Source: a virus (lineage: Duplodnaviria; Heunggongvirae; Uroviricota; Caudoviricetes). From it: a stretch of 17,270 nucleotides of DNA. The position numbers and the translations under genes were made by a program. The stretch lies in IMG/VR virus record IMGVR_UViG_2778261247_000012; one strand, given 5' to 3'. Below the pieces are notes generated by a model. It was not told the DNA's origin, made no database searches, and saw only the letters and a list, made by a program, of their open reading frames with translations. Below, piece after piece: positions 16,290-17,270 of this stretch (its first letter is position 1; every line of letters starts with the position of its first letter).

Positions 16290-17270
16290 TCACCTTTCGC
16301 GCCAAAACTGCAAAATTGCTTCTACAAACCTGTTAGAAATAATCCCTCGACGGGCTGCCGCGCTGAAATGACTGCTTCGCAGTGCCGTCGTCCAGTTCTC
16401 CGGTGACCGGTACGCTGAACCGTAATATCCCGTGCTTAAATCGTCCGGGTCTTCATCAGGCACGTTCGTCAGTCCTCTTTCACCTTGTTGCTGGAAGTCG
16501 ACGAAAATAATATTGGCTAAAACATTATTTTGATAATTGCCATAAATAGCTTCATACGCATGAGGGAAATTTTCTTTCCAGTACCAGGTGGTATCGCCGC
16601 AAAACCACGGCGCGTCAGTAATTTTATTAAGCTGAGAATGGTATTGTTTTAGAGCCCTACGAAAGGCGTCAACCATATGATTAAAGTGTTGAGGGTGTGA
16701 CGCGTAGTCACTGGTCATTAAGTCAAATTCGCCTTGCATCCAGCATACGCCGAGGAATTTGTTCTGCGGATTTTTTGCCAGTGCGGCTCGCGTTCTGCTG
16801 ACTAAATCCTGGTATAGCGGAGTATCCGATCCCCAACGACAAGCATCATGGCTGGCTCCGTGCGGTTCTGAATATGTCCCTTCGCTGCCCGCGGTAAAAG
16901 CTGATCCGCCACGGCAACACGGAACGATGAGAACCCCTGCATTATCAGGAATAAAGGGCAGTAATTTCCGTGCTATATGCAGTGCCTGGCCAACGGTGCC
17001 GTACTGTGTTTGATGATTCGTTGCCAGAGGATGGTGATAACCCTGCATATCCTGAACATCGTGTGGGCAGTGAGTCAGTGGAATAATGTCGTTAAAGTGA
17101 CATGACGGGCCTCCGGGATGTGTATGCGCAAATCTCGCTAATTGTTTAATTCTGGGATGAGGCGCATCTTCCTTGTCCGGTAATGGTAGTCCTTCGCCAT
17201 ACGCCATGGCATTAGACTGACCAGCAACGGTAAGAACATAGTAATAATCGGGCGATATTATTGCGTTCAT
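16290..17270 (-). CDS. nanS: Sialate O-acetylesterase (SGNH hydrolase) NanS/YjhS, 326 aa, complete at the window edge
   Basis: Starts MNAIISPDYYYVLTVAGQSNAMAYGEG, with the SGNH-type GQSN motif near the N-terminus. I recognise it as E. coli YjhS/NanS, which in K-12 lies between the leuX island and the fim locus. Confidence 0.75.
   Translation of the reverse strand: MNAIISPDYYYVLTVAGQSNAMAYGEGLPLPDKEDAPHPRIKQLARFAHTHPGGPSCHFNDIIPLTHCPHDVQDMQGYHHPLATNHQTQYGTVGQALHIARKLLPFIPDNAGVLIVPCCRGGSAFTAGSEGTYSEPHGASHDACRWGSDTPLYQDLVSRTRAALAKNPQNKFLGVCWMQGEFDLMTSDYASHPQHFNHMVDAFRRALKQYHSQLNKITDAPWFCGDTTWYWKENFPHAYEAIYGNYQNNVLANIIFVDFQQQGERGLTNVPDEDPDDLSTGYYGSAYRSPENWTTALRSSHFSAAARRGIISNRFVEAILQFWRER

Overview
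This window is the leuX tRNA island of an Escherichia-type chromosome. An intact tRNA-Leu(CAA) gene (122-206) is followed by a near-complete P4-like phage satellite of about 11.65 kb, bounded by imperfect direct repeats of the tRNA 3' end (attL 186-206, attR 11836-11858). The satellite backbone is recognisable from the sequence: a frameshifted P4-family integrase, the P2/P4 cos site (4328-4346), psu-delta-sid on the minus strand, two TGT-N12-ACA delta/Ogr-type late promoter boxes, the ori iterons, vis, the seqA/CI-RNA(seqB)/seqC immunity region, a left operon ending in the 777-aa alpha primase-helicase, and the crr repeats. The int-psu cargo slot next to cos, which in P4 itself holds gop/beta/cII, is occupied instead by a single strongly AT-rich 824-aa gene. 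It encodes an N-terminal TIR domain, a STAND-like P-loop NTPase with an atypical Walker A (GVGRRS), and C-terminal TPR-like repeats. This is the best candidate for a previously uncharacterised anti-phage defence gene in the window. Immediately outside attR lies a second AT-rich module with an orphan 682-aa ORF carrying a putative C-terminal PD-(D/E)xK nuclease motif, then a short Lon-like gene remnant, a 309-aa HNH-motif protein and the core gene nanS (yjhS). All calls rest on reading the sequence and the supplied ORF track; no database search was run.
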